64,000 nt of DNA, taken from positions 132,341,254-132,405,253 of the forward strand of contig NC_057710.1 in assembly GCF_004010195.1 (NCBI RefSeq), in the 5' to 3' direction. The notes below the pieces were generated by a model. That model ran no database searches. It saw nothing but the letters and a program-made list of their open reading frames with translations, and was not told the DNA's origin. Position 1 is the first letter of the stretch. Every line of letters begins with the position of its first letter. Shown here piece after piece: positions 12,092-25,560 of the stretch. This DNA comes from Chiloscyllium plagiosum. Lineage: Eukaryota. Both the position numbers and the translations under genes were made by a program.

Positions 12092-12598
12092 TAGATCAGA
12101 ATGATGCTGGAAAAGCACAGCAGGTCAGGCAGAATCCGAGAGCAGGAAAATCGATGTTTTGGGCAAAAGCCTTTCATCAGGAATTAAGGCAGGGAGCATC
12201 CAGGGTGGAGAGATAAATGAATGAGGAAACTGATGAAGTCCACATTGATGCCCTGGGGTTGAACTGCTCCGAGGCGGAAGATGAGGCATTCTTCCTCCAG
12301 GCATCGTGTGGTGAGGGAGCGGTGGTGGAGGAGGCCCAGGACCTGCATGTCCTCGGCAGTGTGGGAGGGGGGAGTTGAAATGTTGGGCCACGAGACTGTG
12401 GGGTTGATTGGTGCAGGTGTCCCGGAGATATTCCCTGAAGCGCTCTGTGAGAAAGCGTCCAGTCTCCCCAATATAGAGGAGACCACATCGGGAGCAACGG
12501 ATACAATAAATGACATTGGTGGATGTGCACATGAAACTTTGATGGATGTGGAAGACTCCTTTGGGGCCTTGGATGGTAGTGAGGGAGGAGGTGTGGGG
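12092..12598 (-). mobile_element. PLE GIY-YIG endonuclease fragment plus pLTR
   Basis: ORF 12125-12532 CTSTNVIYCIRCSRCGLLYIGETGR..ERFREYL; decayed hammerhead at about 12151-12180. Confidence 0.9.
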
Positions 12599-14190
12599 AG
12601 GAGCTATTTGGGGGTCTATAATACAATCCCAATAAGGTGATCATCCCTTTCATATTTCTCAGTTCCATCCAAATAACTTCCCTGGATGTATTTCCAGGAA
12701 TATCCTCCCTCAACATAGCTGGAATACTATCCTAATCCAAAAATGCCACTCCCCCTTCTCTCTTACTCCCTTTCTATCCTTCCTGTAGTATTTGTATCCT
12801 GGAACATTAAGCTGCTAGTCCTGCCCATCTCTGAGCCATGTTTCTGTAATGGCTATGATTTCCCTGCCAGTATATTAGTCCCTTCCAATTTAGGTGCAAT
12901 CCGTCCTTCTTGTACAGGTCACTTCTTCCCAAAAAGAGTTTCCAATGATCCAAAAATGTGAATCCTTCTCCCATACACCAGCTCCTCAGCCATGCATTCA
13001 TCTGCTCTATCCTCCTATTCCTGCCCTTACTCGCTCATAACACTAGGAGTAATCCAGATATTACTGCTCTTAAGGACTTCCTTTTTAAATTTCTGCCTAA
13101 CTCTCTGTAATCTCCCTTCAGAATCTCATCCTTTTCCCTTCCTATGTTGTTGGTTCCAATGTGGACAATGACCTCTTGCTGGCCCCTCTCACTTGTGAGA
13201 ACATTCTGCACCGTCTCTGAGACATCCTTGATCCTGGCACAAGGGAAGCAACACACCATTCTGCTTTTTCGCTGCTGGCCACCAAAACGTCTGTCTGTAC
13301 CTCTGACTACAGAATCCCCTAACACAATTGATCTCTTGGAAGCCGATGTACCCCTTGATGCATTAGAGCCAGTTTCAATACCAGAAACTTGGCTGTTCAT
13401 GCTACACTCCCCTGAGAATCCATCACCCCCTACATTTTCCAAAACAGCATACTTGTTTGAAATGGGTATATCCACAAAAGACTCCTGCACTAGCTGCCTA
13501 CCTCTCTTACCCTTCCTGGAATTAACCCATCTATGTAACTGTATCTGAGACTTTCCCTCTTCCTATAACTGCCATCCAACACTTACTGTTGCTGTTGCAA
13601 ATTCCTCATTGCTTCTATCTGTCTCTCCAACCGATTCACTCGATCTGATAAGATTCGCATCCAACAGCACTTATGGCAGATAAAATCCGCAGTAACCCTT
13701 GAACTCTCTTTAAACTCCCACATCTGACAAGAAGTACATATCACTGCAAAGGCCATTTTTGCTCCTTCACAATCGACACACCCTGAAAATAACACCGTCT
13801 TATTCCTCTACGAAATACTGCCCCAGATTAAATTAATAGTTTTGGCTCGTATTTTAAGCTTAATCAAGAGACATATCTCCAAAAACATATAATCAAGAAA
13901 GAACCCACTCTGCTCACTATTGCAGCCTTTCTGTTGGATACACTTAAAACAACGATTAACTTATTTGATTCTGTGCTGTGAACTTCACCCAAACAGGTTC
14001 CTCCAAGATTAGTTGTGAAATTCACTGTTTGTTAATTTTCCCAGATGAACTCTGATGTCCAGCGATGCATGAATTCAACAGCAAAACCAGTAACTGTGCA
14101 GGCTCTCTCTCTCTCCTGCACTGACCTCATCATGTGCTTCCTTTATCTATTCTTCTTCTTTTTAAAACTGCTGTTGTTTTGACTTTTTTT
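12599..14190 (-). mobile_element. CR1 5' half: 5' UTR, ORF1 (Cys-rich finger + SGNH esterase), start of APE endonuclease
   Basis: ICTSCQMWE..FICHKC; IVLGDSVVRG..VIVHIGTNNI (SGNH blocks); EVIWMELRN..GLYYRPPNS. Confidence 0.9.
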
Positions 14191-14219
14191 TGATCTTTGT
14201 AAATTTTCTTCAAATATCT

Positions 14220-14435
14220 AGTCAGTTCTTCTATAACGCAATAGTTGAATTCTTGTGCAACCCCATGTTATACAATAATACCGCTTTAGAAACAGCACTA
14301 AAAGTGTTATGATGTAATCACATTACAGCTAACACACACTTTAAAAGTTTGTGCTTTAGAAACAGTGTCCCCAATTTGTCAATCGCGTTGCAGCTCATTT
14401 ATGTTGCCAAAACATGCATTATAGCAGAACGACCT
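14220..14435. mobile_element. MITE-like DNA transposon, possibly Tc1/mariner-pogo type
   Basis: Imperfect terminal inverted repeats agtcagttcttctataacgc / gcattatagcagaacgacct; TA near both ends. Confidence 0.5.
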
Positions 14436-14909
14436 AAATATTGTCTCTTACTGAAGAGCATCCACAGTACTATGTGAATATATATCATCACACTAACCAA
14501 CTGAATGCAAATAAACATTTGATCTTTCAAGACATGTTTCTTTCTGGAATTTTAACTGTCCAGTAGCACCATCAGCTGGGATCATAATGTGTTCATATAT
14601 TATATTTTGTATGAGAATTGCAACTTCAGTTACCACTCAAAGGTTATCAAATTTAACTCTTAGGAAAACTAAACTGTTTGGGCATTAACTATTTACCAAC
14701 CATATTAATGACTTGGATAAAGTCACGAAATGCATATTAGCTAAATTTGCTGAAGAATCAAAATAGGTAGAAAAGCAATTGGCGAGGAGGACACAGAGTC
14801 TGCAAAATCATAAAAATAGCTGAATTGCAGGCTAAATTATGTAGGAAAAAAGGTGAGTTTGTTCACTTTAGTAACAAGTTTTCACACAAGTATATTATAA
14901 TGCATGCAT

Positions 14910-15215
14910 TACTATCTAGGTCAGCACTTAATTTCCCAGAGGTCAGGTATAAGCCAACACATTGCCGTGGATCTGAGTCACGTGTAGGCCAGACCCAGAT
15001 AAAGATGGCAGATTTCATTCCCCAAAGGACAGTTGTGAACCAGACTTTTTAAAATCACAATCAATAGTAATCACATGGTTGCTATTAGGTTAGCTTCTTA
15101 TTCTAGTTTTCTACTGAATTAAAATTGAGCCCCACCATTGGCCATGCTGTCAGAATATTAACCTGGGATTCTGAATTACCAACCCAGAAACATTGCAACT
15201 ACGTCACTGTCTCCC
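14910..15215 (-). mobile_element. Second SINE family, probably tRNA-derived
   Basis: Reverse complement aligns with 23375-23625 (ctgccatc..tctggcc..catgtgac.cagatccac..caat). Confidence 0.65.
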
Positions 15216-15309
15216 CAACAGTGTGAAGCTACAAAGATCTTTGGTATAGAGGGATTTGGGTATCTCAGTGCATGAGTTATAAAAGACAAGCAAGTCTAGT
15301 AAATGATCA

Positions 15310-16595
15310 GGGAGGCTAGTGGATGTAGTTTATGTGGATTTTTAGAAATCTTTCAACAACGTCCCACATAACAGAATAATGTACATGGGATTGGGGGATA
15401 TTGTAATGAGGTGGATAGAACATTGGTTAGCAGGCAGAAACAAAAAGTAGGAATATTTTTTTTCTGAATAGCAGGCAATGACTAGTGGGGTACCACAGGA
15501 ATTGATAATTGGACCCCTAGCAATTCACAATCTATATTAATGATTTAGATGATAGAACTAAATGTGATATCTCAAAATTTGCAGATTTGAAAAAGTTGGG
15601 TGGAAAGGGTGAGATGCAGAGATGTTCCAGTGTGATTTGAAGAGGCTGAGTGCCAGGCAAATATATGGCAGATGTGGTATAAATTGACAAGTGTGAATTA
15701 TCCACTTTTGTAGCTAAAATGGGAAGGCAGGTTATTATTTGAATGGCTATAAAGTGAGAAAGGGAAATGTTCAACAAGACCTATGCACCACTCACTGAAA
15801 GTAAGCACTCAGGTGTAGTAGACAATAAAGATGGCAAAAAAAGACTTTCATAATGAGAGGACTCAAGTACAGATACAAGGATAATGTCCAGCAATTTTAC
15901 AGGGTGTTGGTGAGGCTGCACCTGGAATATTGTGTGAAGTTTTGGTTTCCTTATCTGATGAAGGATGTTCTTACTATAACGGGTGTACAGTAAATATTTA
16001 ATAAATTGATTCCCGGGATGGCAGGACTGACCTATGAGGAAGGATTGAGTCAGTTAGGATTGTATTCACTGGAGTTTAGAAGAATAGGGGGTATTTCATA
16101 GAAATCTATAAAATTCTAAGAGGACTAGACAGGTTAGATACAGGCAGGATGTTCTTGTATGCCTTGTATGCCTCACTCTGTCTATGCACCCTATGTTCTA
16201 TATGTCCCTGTTTGCTATGATCTGCTTGTATTACTTGCAAAACAAAGTTTTTCACTGTACTTAGGTGCATGTGACTACAATAAATCAAATCAAATCACAA
16301 TCTTGGGGGAGTCTAGAACTAGAGGTCATATATTAATGATAAGGAGTAAATCTTTTAGGTCTTAGATGAGGAGAAGTATTTTCACCCAGAGAATGGTGAG
16401 CCTGTGGAATTCACTACCACAAAGCATGGTTGAGGCTAAAACATTATGTCTTTTCAGGAAGGAGTTAGACATAGCTGTTGTGGAAAAAGGGATCAAGGGA
16501 AACGGGGGAGGGTGGGGTTAGGGTATTGAGCTTGATGATCAGCCATCACCATGCTGCAGCCTCAAGGGGTCAAATGGCCTCTATATTTCTATGAT
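15310..16595 (+). mobile_element. Degraded CR1 RT and 3' end
   Basis: VDVVYVDF, GVPQE, YINDLD, SKFAD, LVRLHLEYCV remnants. Confidence 0.85.
16158..16298 (+). mobile_element. Rex1-type LINE 3' UTR nested in CR1
   Basis: aaacaaagtttttcactgtacttagg..catgtgac..aataaatcaaatcaaatca. Confidence 0.65.
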
Positions 16596-16599
16596 TGAG

Positions 16600-18490
16600 A
16601 AAGCAAAGAGAATGTTGGCTCTTACTTCAAGGGGATTGGAATATAAATGTTGCAAAATGTTGCTACAGCTGTACAGGGCCTTAGTCAGACTACATCTGTG
16701 TACTGTTTAGGTCTCCTTCCTTAAGGAGGGATATAATTCTACTGGAAGCAGTTCAGAGAAGGTTCATTTGGCTGATTCCTGTAATGAGGTGCTAGTTTTA
16801 TGAGGAAGGGATGGGCACTTTAGAGTTCTGCAATAAATAAAATGATTTTATTGAAATATACGAGTTATCAGGTTCTTTAGAATATATTCTAGTATTTTCT
16901 CTTCCACTGATGTCAGGTTTACATCTGGGTTGCTCTCTCTCTCTCCTTTATTAAATAATGGGATTACATTTTCAACCTTCCAATCTGCAGGAACTCTTCC
17001 AGAGTCTACACAATTTTGAAAGATGACCACCAACACATAGTCATCTCTTTCAACATTCTGCGAAACAGAACATCAGGTCCTGGGATTTGTCAACTTCCAG
17101 TTCTTTTAATTTGTTTAATACTATTGAAAATCAATGAAATTTTCTCTTTGCCTCCCTATTATCTATTAATGTACAGAGTTATTTTAAAATTGTTAATTTG
17201 ACTTCTGATATTCACAGTAGAATTTTGCATTGGCAGCTTAAGAGTACCACAGCAGGTAGGAATCTGTACAAAACACTGGTTAGACTTCAGCTGGGGTAGT
17301 GTATACAATAGTGGGCAATGCTCTTCAGGATTACTCTTTAGGAGATATGTGCACAAACTGGAGGTATTGCAGAGGACATTTATGAGAATGGTTCCAGGAA
17401 TGAGAAACACTATGAAGGTGGATTGGAGAAGTTTTTTTTAAGTAGTTCACAGCACTGGGGCTGTTTTCCTTGGAGAGGCAGAGGCCAAGAGGAGATTTGA
17501 TCAAAATTTTCAAAACCATAAAAGATCTGTAAAGAGTAGACAAGGACAAACATTTCCCAGCTATGAGAGAACAGGTACGAGAGGGCACAGCTCTAAAGTG
17601 ATTCGCAAAATAAGTACAAGTGATGTAAGAAGGAAGCTTTCTCAGACAGTGAGTGGTTTGGATCTGGAACGAATTGTCTGGAAATATGGTGAAGGAAGAT
17701 TCAATCAAAGCAATTAGATGATTATTTAAATAAAAATAACATATTGGTAAAAATAAAATAAAAATAAAGTGCTAGATTAGAGGGAAATAGCAAGGGAATA
17801 GCACCAACTCATAAAGCTTAATTGGAAACTGGGTGCAAATCCAAAGGGTTCAATTTCCTTCTTCTGCACCATAACATTTGTGTGATTCTGTTTCTATGAT
17901 TCTGTGGCAGGCTCCATGAATTATGAGTTGAAATAATATTGGACAAGCGAGTGGCACAATGTCGACAGGAACTGAATATGTTGAGACAAACAAAGTGTAA
18001 TCTATAGATCCAAGCAATCTCAAAAGGGGCTGTTAATTAAATTAAATTAGGACAAAATGCATGAAAAGAGATTCTGGGTTTTTGTTAATTATTTATCACA
18101 ATGATGATCATCAGAAGTGAGTAAAGCAAACAAGATATTGGCAAATGGAGTACAGTCAATATTGATAAAATAGTGAGGCGATCTTACCAATTTTTAACTG
18201 ATCGTTCTAACCACACTCAGAAAATGTTTTACTGTTCTAAACCCCACAATATAGAAAGCTTATTGCAGGTATTGAAAGGTTAGAGGAGAAAGTAATCAGA
18301 AAGATCGAGAAAATGGATGCACTGTGTTAATAAAAATGATTATATCAATTCCACCCAATGTCAGTGGTAAATGCCAAGCTGAGAGGTGATCTAACTGCTG
18401 ATTTTACGATTCTATAATGGCTAAATAATGTAGATCATGTCAAGCTGTTTTACTTTGCTTATATCAGTAGAATCAGCGGACACAATCTTA
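16600..18490. mobile_element. Mosaic of old CR1 fragments in both orientations
   Basis: Minus ORF 16848-17036 VPADWKVENVIPLFNKG; plus remnants LFSLERQRPRGDLIKIFK near 17460 and a further decayed piece near 18100-18490. Confidence 0.6.
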
Positions 18491-18496
18491 TAATTA

Positions 18497-18800
18497 CTTA
18501 GAATCCCTATAGTGTTGAAACAGGTCCAAGTCCACACTGACCCTCCGAAGAGTAACTCACCCAGACTCATTCCCTTATTTCTCTACATTTCCCTTGATTA
18601 ATGCACCTAATAATACAGGCAATCTATCTAACCTGAACATCTTTGGATTGTGGGAGGAAATCGGAGCATCTAGAGGAAACCCACGCAGACACAGGGAGAA
18701 TGTGCCAACACCACATCAACAGTCACCCAAGGGCAGAATCGAACCTGGGTCCCTGGTGCTGTGAGGCTGCAGTGCTAACCACTGAGCCACCGTGCTGCCC
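18497..18800 (-). mobile_element. HE1-type V-SINE, near full length
   Basis: tRNA-like head gggcagcacggtggctcagtggttagc (A box), ggttcgattc (B box), V domain. Confidence 0.9.
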
Positions 18801-18997
18801 TATCTGTGCTGAAAGTAACATGACTTTAAAATGAATCATGAAAAATGGGCAGAATTTGCTACCAATATAGTGGGAGGAGGAATTTTCTTTAACATGCCTA
18901 CCTCAATGGCAGTATGAGTGCAAAAGAAGGGCTTAAAGTCTTCAAAACATGTTTGACAGGTAGTACCTAGGGGATAATCCCTCTCTTCTTGAGGTAC

Positions 18998-19616
18998 TGT
19001 TATGGACCAGACCAACCCTGTCAAAATATATTACGAAGATAGTCTAGACCCAAATCTGTTCTTATTTTAAAGGTAAGTGTAAGATGTTGCATTCCAGGTG
19101 TGATTTGACTGTTCAAATGACCAGATTTGAAGCAAAACACACTTTATTCATACCTAATAATTAAAATACAACAAAGGAAATAAAAAAGAATTGGCTTAGC
19201 TATAACCCTATTGAGATGCTTAATCAAATAATAGATACAATGTCTATTGCTAATTAACTTCCGATATAGTAACCTGCCATAAAAAGCCCCTAGATAAAGG
19301 CAAATTCTGAAAAACAGATTGCCTCACATGCAAATCCAACAGCAGGAAGTCAATTCCCAGCTTTTAGTTGTAACCAAGAGATGAAGAAATAACTTCCACA
19401 CCTTCAAGACCCCAGCAGCAACTGCTATGGAAACGAAAAATCCTGGTTCTGTGGAAGTTTTACCCCACTGTTTCTTTTGATTCAACTTATGATAAAAAAC
19501 CCAAGACCTCACAAACTGTTTACACTAATGGCTCTGTGTAGACTGCTAGGTGCCTCAGCCTCTCTTCAAAAACTATCAGGACAAAATACATCTTTTAACG
19601 CCATAGTATCATCACA
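18998..19616 (-). mobile_element. Solo LTR, probably Gypsy
   Basis: TG...CA termini; flanks ggtac/ggcac (5 bp, one mismatch); termini match those of 27275-28184 in reverse. Confidence 0.65.
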
Positions 19617-19639
19617 GGCACCCAGCATCAGGCACTTCA

Positions 19640-20030
19640 ATTCACTCCATGTGATTTCAAAAACAGCCGAACACATTGGATGCAGTGAAGACTATTGGTC
19701 TTGACAACATCACAGTTGCAATGCTGAAGACGTCTGCTGCTGAGTGAGCCCCTTCTCCAGCCAAGCTGTTCCAATACAACACCTGACACCATTAAAAATA
19801 TTGCTCATGTGTGTCCCATCCACAAACGCCAGAATAAATTCAACTGACAAATTATTGATCCATCAGCATCCTCTTGGTCATCAGCAATGAATGTATTGTC
19901 ATTGGCAATTGCATTTGACTGAAGTATCAAAGTACTGCAACAAAACTATGGTCAATGGTGATCAAGAGGAAAATTCTTAACTGACTGCAGGCATGTGTAG
20001 ATATTCTTTCATTTCAGCCCCAAGACATTA
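19640..20030 (+). mobile_element. Degraded RT fragment of a second CR1-superfamily LINE
   Basis: LKTxAxE..PLAKLFQY, IAxVCPIHK-like remnants; related to 23630-24770. Confidence 0.55.
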
Positions 20031-20139
20031 ATGTGAGAGCTCCAAGTCTGAAGTTGGGTAACCTGTGGCAAGTGATTCATCCCATAATTCTCCAAACCTT
20101 ATCAACCATCTACATGTCATGGGGAAGGAGCTTGTTGGG

Positions 20140-20240
20140 AAGAGAACAGAAATTGCTGTTAATCTCAGCAGGTCTGGAAGTACCTGTGGGAAGAAAACAG
20201 AACTAACATTTCGAGTTCTGTGACTCTTCATCAGAACTAA
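20140..20240 (-). mobile_element. PLE pLTR family C with hammerhead-like core
   Basis: Minus strand gtt-CTGATGA-AGAGTCACAGAACTC-GAAA-TGTT. Confidence 0.65.
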
Positions 20241-20249
20241 ATTTGATGG

Positions 20250-20878
20250 AATGCAGTTTTTGAGCAAAGTACAACACACACTCCCACACTCACACATGCA
20301 TTCTCTCACAGACTTAGACCCCTTTACACTCTCTCTCACACACACACACACATATACACTTTCTCTCACAGACACTCACAAACCCCCACCCCAGACACAC
20401 ACACACACAAAAACCCACATGTACACATATGTTTGTTGGGTGAATTTGTACTTGTAGAGTTACATTGTACTTTGATCAAAAACTTAATGAATCCATGCAA
20501 GACTCTGTTAACTCATTTTTTAGATTAGAATCTGTCTAAACATTATGGCACAGACAACAGAACACAGGGGGCTAATGCCTTCAACATCTTATCTGGGCTG
20601 ACACCAATTGTTACGATTAACCTGAGAATGTAACTTTTAAAAAAGGTTTTGTGATTTATATATGAAAGAAATGAAACTACCATGGTCATTCTAACAGATG
20701 AGAGACTTCACAAACAATCAAGGTATTTTTCAATGTATAACTTCAGTTACATCACACTGTAAACCTTTGCTATAAATTCTGTCTTACAATTGTGTACTCC
20801 ACAACCACCTGAAGAAGGAGCAGTGCTCCGAAAACTAGTGCTTCCAATTAAACCTGTTGGACTATAACCTGGTGTTTA
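20250..20878 (+). mobile_element. PLE 3' UTR with (CA)n tract plus pLTR family B
   Basis: Aligns with 52975-53647; cac-CTGAAGA-A-GGAGC(AGT)GCTCC-GAAA-ACTA-gtg at 20806-20840. Confidence 0.8.
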
Positions 20879-21814
20879 CCTTTACCACAGATATTTGCAG
20901 TGGTTCAAAAAGATACCTCATCACAACCTTCCTCAAGTCTCTTAGCAACAGGCAATAAACATATGCCCTATCTGTGTAATGAAGGATTTTATCTCACAGA
21001 CAGCCCTAAGACCATGAAGCAGAGGTCCTTTATTCCACTGGCATGAAGTCTTTACAATCATAAAGAGAAATTAAGGATAAACTAAGGAAACAAGGGTAGT
21101 TACAAGGAATCAAGTGTGTGGTTTGTGTTTGGGTAAGCACCTCCTTTAGCTGGCTCTCCCTTTGCTCATCAGACCTCGCCCATAAAGGACAATCTTCTTC
21201 CAGCTAGTATCTTCTCAACTGCTCCTCACTCAGTGACCTCCTTCACTGTCACTACCTGCTTCTGGGGGCCACATTGTACCCAAGACATACACATCCAATA
21301 ATGCATAACTTGCATTTATTTAGTGGCTTCCCCTATGCACTTCACAGGAACATTTCTGATTAGAATTTGATGCAGGCAACACTGACGATGGTAGATGACC
21401 AAAAGCATAGTCCAAAAGTTTCCAGTAGCATTTTAAATGAAAGAAGTAAGACGGGAGGTATGGGTAGGGATTTGCAGGATTTAGGGTCGTGACCACAATG
21501 TTCCAATTAAACCTGTTAGACTATGACCTGGTGTTGCATGATTTTTAACTTTGTACACCCAAGTCCAACATCAGCATCTCCAATTTAAGTAAAGCAACAT
21601 CCTGACTTTATATTATCTTCCTTCATAAGCTCTTGGTCAAAATTATGGAACTCCTGAACTAACAGCACTCTAGCAGTCGAGTGCTTGCATTCAAAGCTGC
21701 TGGGAAGGCTAGAATTGGAGGCTCACAGATATGTCAATGTGTGCTGGGATGGAGGAAATTATAGAGTGAGGGAGAGGTGATGAAAAAAATGTAGAAGAAT
21801 GACGTGATCATCTG

Positions 21815-23178
21815 GAATTGTCAGTCTTACATCTGTGGTCAGCAAAGTTTTGGAAAGAATTCTGAGGGATAGGATCCATGACTATTTGGAAAAGCATAGT
21901 GTGATTAAAGGCAGTCAGCATGGCTTTGTGAGGGGCAGGTCAAGCCTCACACATCTTATTGAGTTCTTTGAGGAGGTAACAAGTCAGGTTGACGAAGGTT
22001 GAGCAGTGGATGTGGTGTATATGGACTTAGCAAGGCATTTGATAGGGTTCCCCATGATAGGGTCGTTCATAAAGTCAGGAAGTATGGGATACGGGGTGAT
22101 TTGGCTATCTTGATTCAGAATTGGCTGGCCGACAGAAGGCAGAGAATGGTCGTAGATGGAAAGTATTCTGCCTGGAGGTCAGTGTTGAGTGGGGTCCCGC
22201 AGGGCTCTGTTCTTGGGCCTCTGCTCTTTGTAGTTTTTATAAATGACTTTGATGAGGAGATTGAGGGGTGAATTAGTAAATTTGCAGATGACACAAAGGT
22301 TGGAGGTGTTGTCGATAGTATCGAGGGCTACTGCAGGCTGCAAGGCGACATAGACAGGATGCAGGGCTGGGCTGAGAAATGGCAGATGGAGTTCAATCTG
22401 GACAAATGTGAAGTGATGCATTTTGGAAGGTCGAACTCAAATGCTGAATATAGGATTAAAGACAGGATTCTTGGCAGTGTGGAGGAACAGAGGGATCTGG
22501 ATGTTCAAGTATACAGATCCCTCAAAGTTGTCACCCAAGTGGATAGGGTTGTTAAGAAAGCATATGGTGTTTTGGCTTTCATTAACAGGAGGATTGAGTT
22601 TAAGAGCTGCGAGGTTTTGCTGCAGCTCTACAAGTCCCTGGTGAGACCACACTTGGAATATTGTGTCCAATTTTGGTCACCCTACTTTGGAAAGATACAG
22701 AGGCTTTGAAGAGGGTGCAAAGAAGGTTTACCAGGATGCTGACTGGACTGGAGTGCTCGCCTTATGAAGAAAGGTTGAGTAAGCTCGGACTTTTCTCTCT
22801 GGAGAGAAGGAGCAAGAGAGGTGACCTGATCGAGGTGTACAAAATAATGCATGGAATAGATAGAGTCAATAGCCAGAGACTTTTCCCCAGGGCAAGATTG
22901 ACTGGAATGAGGAGTCATAGATATAAGATATTAGGAGAAAGATAAAGAGAAAATGTAAGAGGTAGGTTCTTTATGCAGAGAGAAGGAATGTGTTGCCAGT
23001 TGTGGTGGTGGAAGCAGAGTCATTCAGGACTTTTAAGCGACTGCTGGACATGCACATGGACAGCAGCGAGTTGAGGGGTGCATAGGTTAAGTTATTATAT
23101 TTTACATTAGGATTAAACCTCAGCACATCGTGGGCCAAAGGGCCTGTTCTGTGCTGTATTTTTCTATGTTCTATGTTT
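21815..23178 (+). mobile_element. Young 5'-truncated CR1 with RT domain (stops and frameshifts)
   Basis: [56 protein letters not shown]; ttctatg tail. Confidence 0.95.
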
Positions 23179-23374
23179 TAATATCTATGATAAATCAGCT
23201 ACAAAAAGAGAACTAAAGAGAGAGAGAGAGAGAAGTATTGAATTTAAAAGAAAAAGCGAGAGAAAACTTTGTTATTGTCAGTCCCTTGAACTGAGGATGA
23301 TGTCTGCAGGCTTCATGATTTGCATGCCCTCAAGTGAATCTGGCCAATTCTGCAGCCACAGGTTTGTTGTTGAA

Positions 23375-23625
23375 TTGGTATTCAGAGATCCTGATAATGC
23401 TTTGCAAACACGGGTTGAGATCCCAGCATGGCAGAAGGATGAATTTGAGACTCAAAAAACTCTGGAACTAAAATTTTCAGGTTGACCATTGTTAATTTGT
23501 GTAACAACCTAACTGGTCACTAATGCCCCTCAACGGAAAGAATGCTGCCATCCTTACCTGATCTGGCCGACATGTGACCCCAGATCCACAGCAATATGGT
23601 TGACTCTGAACTACTCCTTGGCAAA
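23375..23625 (+). mobile_element. Second SINE family copy
   Basis: B-box-like gggttgagatccca; aligns with 14910-15215. Confidence 0.6.
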
Positions 23626-23629
23626 GCCG

Positions 23630-24770
23630 AGCAAGTCTTCCTCCATGACATCTAAGGGTGAGTGCCAAAAATGGAAGAGCTATCTCACAGATCAGTCAAG
23701 CAACAGACTGACACAGTCATCCTCATGTAAGCATATTTTACAGGCAATGTCCCAGACACCATCACCATCCCTGGAAATTACTGTCAGACCACGGGTAGCA
23801 TCACAGTAGTATATAATTGGTAAGAAATTGTCCTGGGAATCCTAAATATGAAGTGACATGTCATCAAGTCAAACATGATCAAGGAAACTGCCTGCTGATT
23901 ATAAAAGTTGCCCAGGTATGTCCCGTCGATGAAACATCAGAGAAGTCTAACCCTGGCCAATTATTTCCCCTTCAGCTACTACTGATCATCAATAAAGTGA
24001 TGGAAGAGTTCATCAATAGTACTATCAAGCAGGAGTTGATTAGATTCCCTACAGTGTGGACACAGGCCCTTCGGCCCAACCAGTCCACACCAACCCTCCA
24101 AAGAGTAACCCACTCAGACCTATTTCCCTCCAACTAATGCACCGAACACCATGGCATGGCCAATTCTCCTGACTCACACATCTTTGGACTGTGGGAGGAA
24201 ACCAGAGCACACGGAGGAAACCTACGCAGACATGGGGAGAATGTGCAAACTCCACACAGTCACCCGAGGCAGGAATCGAACCTGGGACCCTGGTGCTGTG
24301 AGGCCACTGAGCCATCATGTTGCTTAGCAATAATCTGCTCTCTGACACTCAAGTTAGGTTCTGCAGGGGCCACTCAGCTCCTGAACACGTTCAGATTTAC
24401 TTCAATCAGGAGCAAAAGAGCTTCATTCTAGAAGTGAAGTGAAAATGATTGCTCTGGATATAAAGCTGCATTTGACCAAGAGTGGCGTCAAGCAAACCTG
24501 GTAAAACTGCAGTCAATGAGAATCAGGGAGAGGTGCACCTTTTCATTTTGAAGTTATATCTGGCACATAGGAAGATGATTGTGGTTATTAGTGGTCAGTC
24601 ATCTCAGCTCCAGGACATCTCTTCAGGGTAGTGTCCAAGGTCCAACCGTCTTCAGCTGCTTTATCAATGACTTTCCCTCCATCATAAGGTCAGAAGTCAG
24701 ATGCTCGCTGATGATTGTACAATGTTCAACTCACCATTCACAACTTCTCAGATACGGAAACAGTCAATCA
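23630..24770 (+). mobile_element. Degraded second-family LINE (endonuclease and RT remnants), interrupted by an HE1 SINE
   Basis: IAQVCPV, ALDIKAAFD, QGSVQGPTVFSCFINDFPSIIRSEV. Confidence 0.7.
24038..24320 (-). mobile_element. HE1-type V-SINE
   Basis: Aligns with 63667-63996. Confidence 0.9.
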
Positions 24771-25019
24771 TGGAGTGTACTGCAAAGCCCTGTCAGATCA
24801 ATCCAGGCTTCAGAACCTCACTGTAAGCACGCCATTCATATGGTCTATGATGGTGAATGATGAAATGGTTTGATCTTGCATCAATAACATCCTTGAGCTG
24901 GTGAGCTGCCACATGAAGAAACCATTTTGATTTTGTAGTTGAGAATTGGCATCTTCTTGTTTCTCTCCGGTACCTGGAAGAATAGCAACCTGCTATAAAT
25001 GAGACAAGGTTAACAAAAT

Positions 25020-25560
25020 CAATCAAGTTCTGTCATACCAAATGATTAAGAGTGACAACTCCTCATGCTGAATAAAGAGGATGGTAGCAGTATAAAGGCC
25101 TAGAAAGTTAAGAGTATGCATAGATTTAAAGAATTTCAACAAAGGTTTTGAAGAGATTTCACTACCCCATGCCAACCATTTAAGAAGTTTTGCCACAGCT
25201 TGTAAAAGCAAAGGGTCTTTATGACACATGGTTTGATGGACAGTTACTGGTAAGTGAAGCTGGATGCCATTTGGGAGATAGAGATGACTCCACATGCACT
25301 TTAGAATTTATACTGTTCCAGGAGAGTATCAATGCAAGAGAGTCAGTAATCTTCTTGGATTGAAGCTATCGTAGATGATCTGTTAGTCTATTAATGTGGA
25401 ACCACATTTGAAGAAGTCATTGCAGAATACCATCAGATCTAGTGGAATTGCTAAAGAAAGAGTGAGAGAGAGAGCACCAGATGTACCTGAAGTTGAACAA
25501 GAAAAAGATATAATCTAAAGTGCCTGAAGTCATGTAGATATGTTATTATATGACAATGTT
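25020..25560 (+). mobile_element. Gypsy RT relic
   Basis: RKLRVCIDLKNFNK, FHYPMPT, IEAIVDDLLVY motifs. Confidence 0.75.

Noticed and set aside
13035-13490. Host SGNH esterase gene
   Set aside because: It is CR1 ORF1, flanked by the Cys-rich finger and the APE start of the same element
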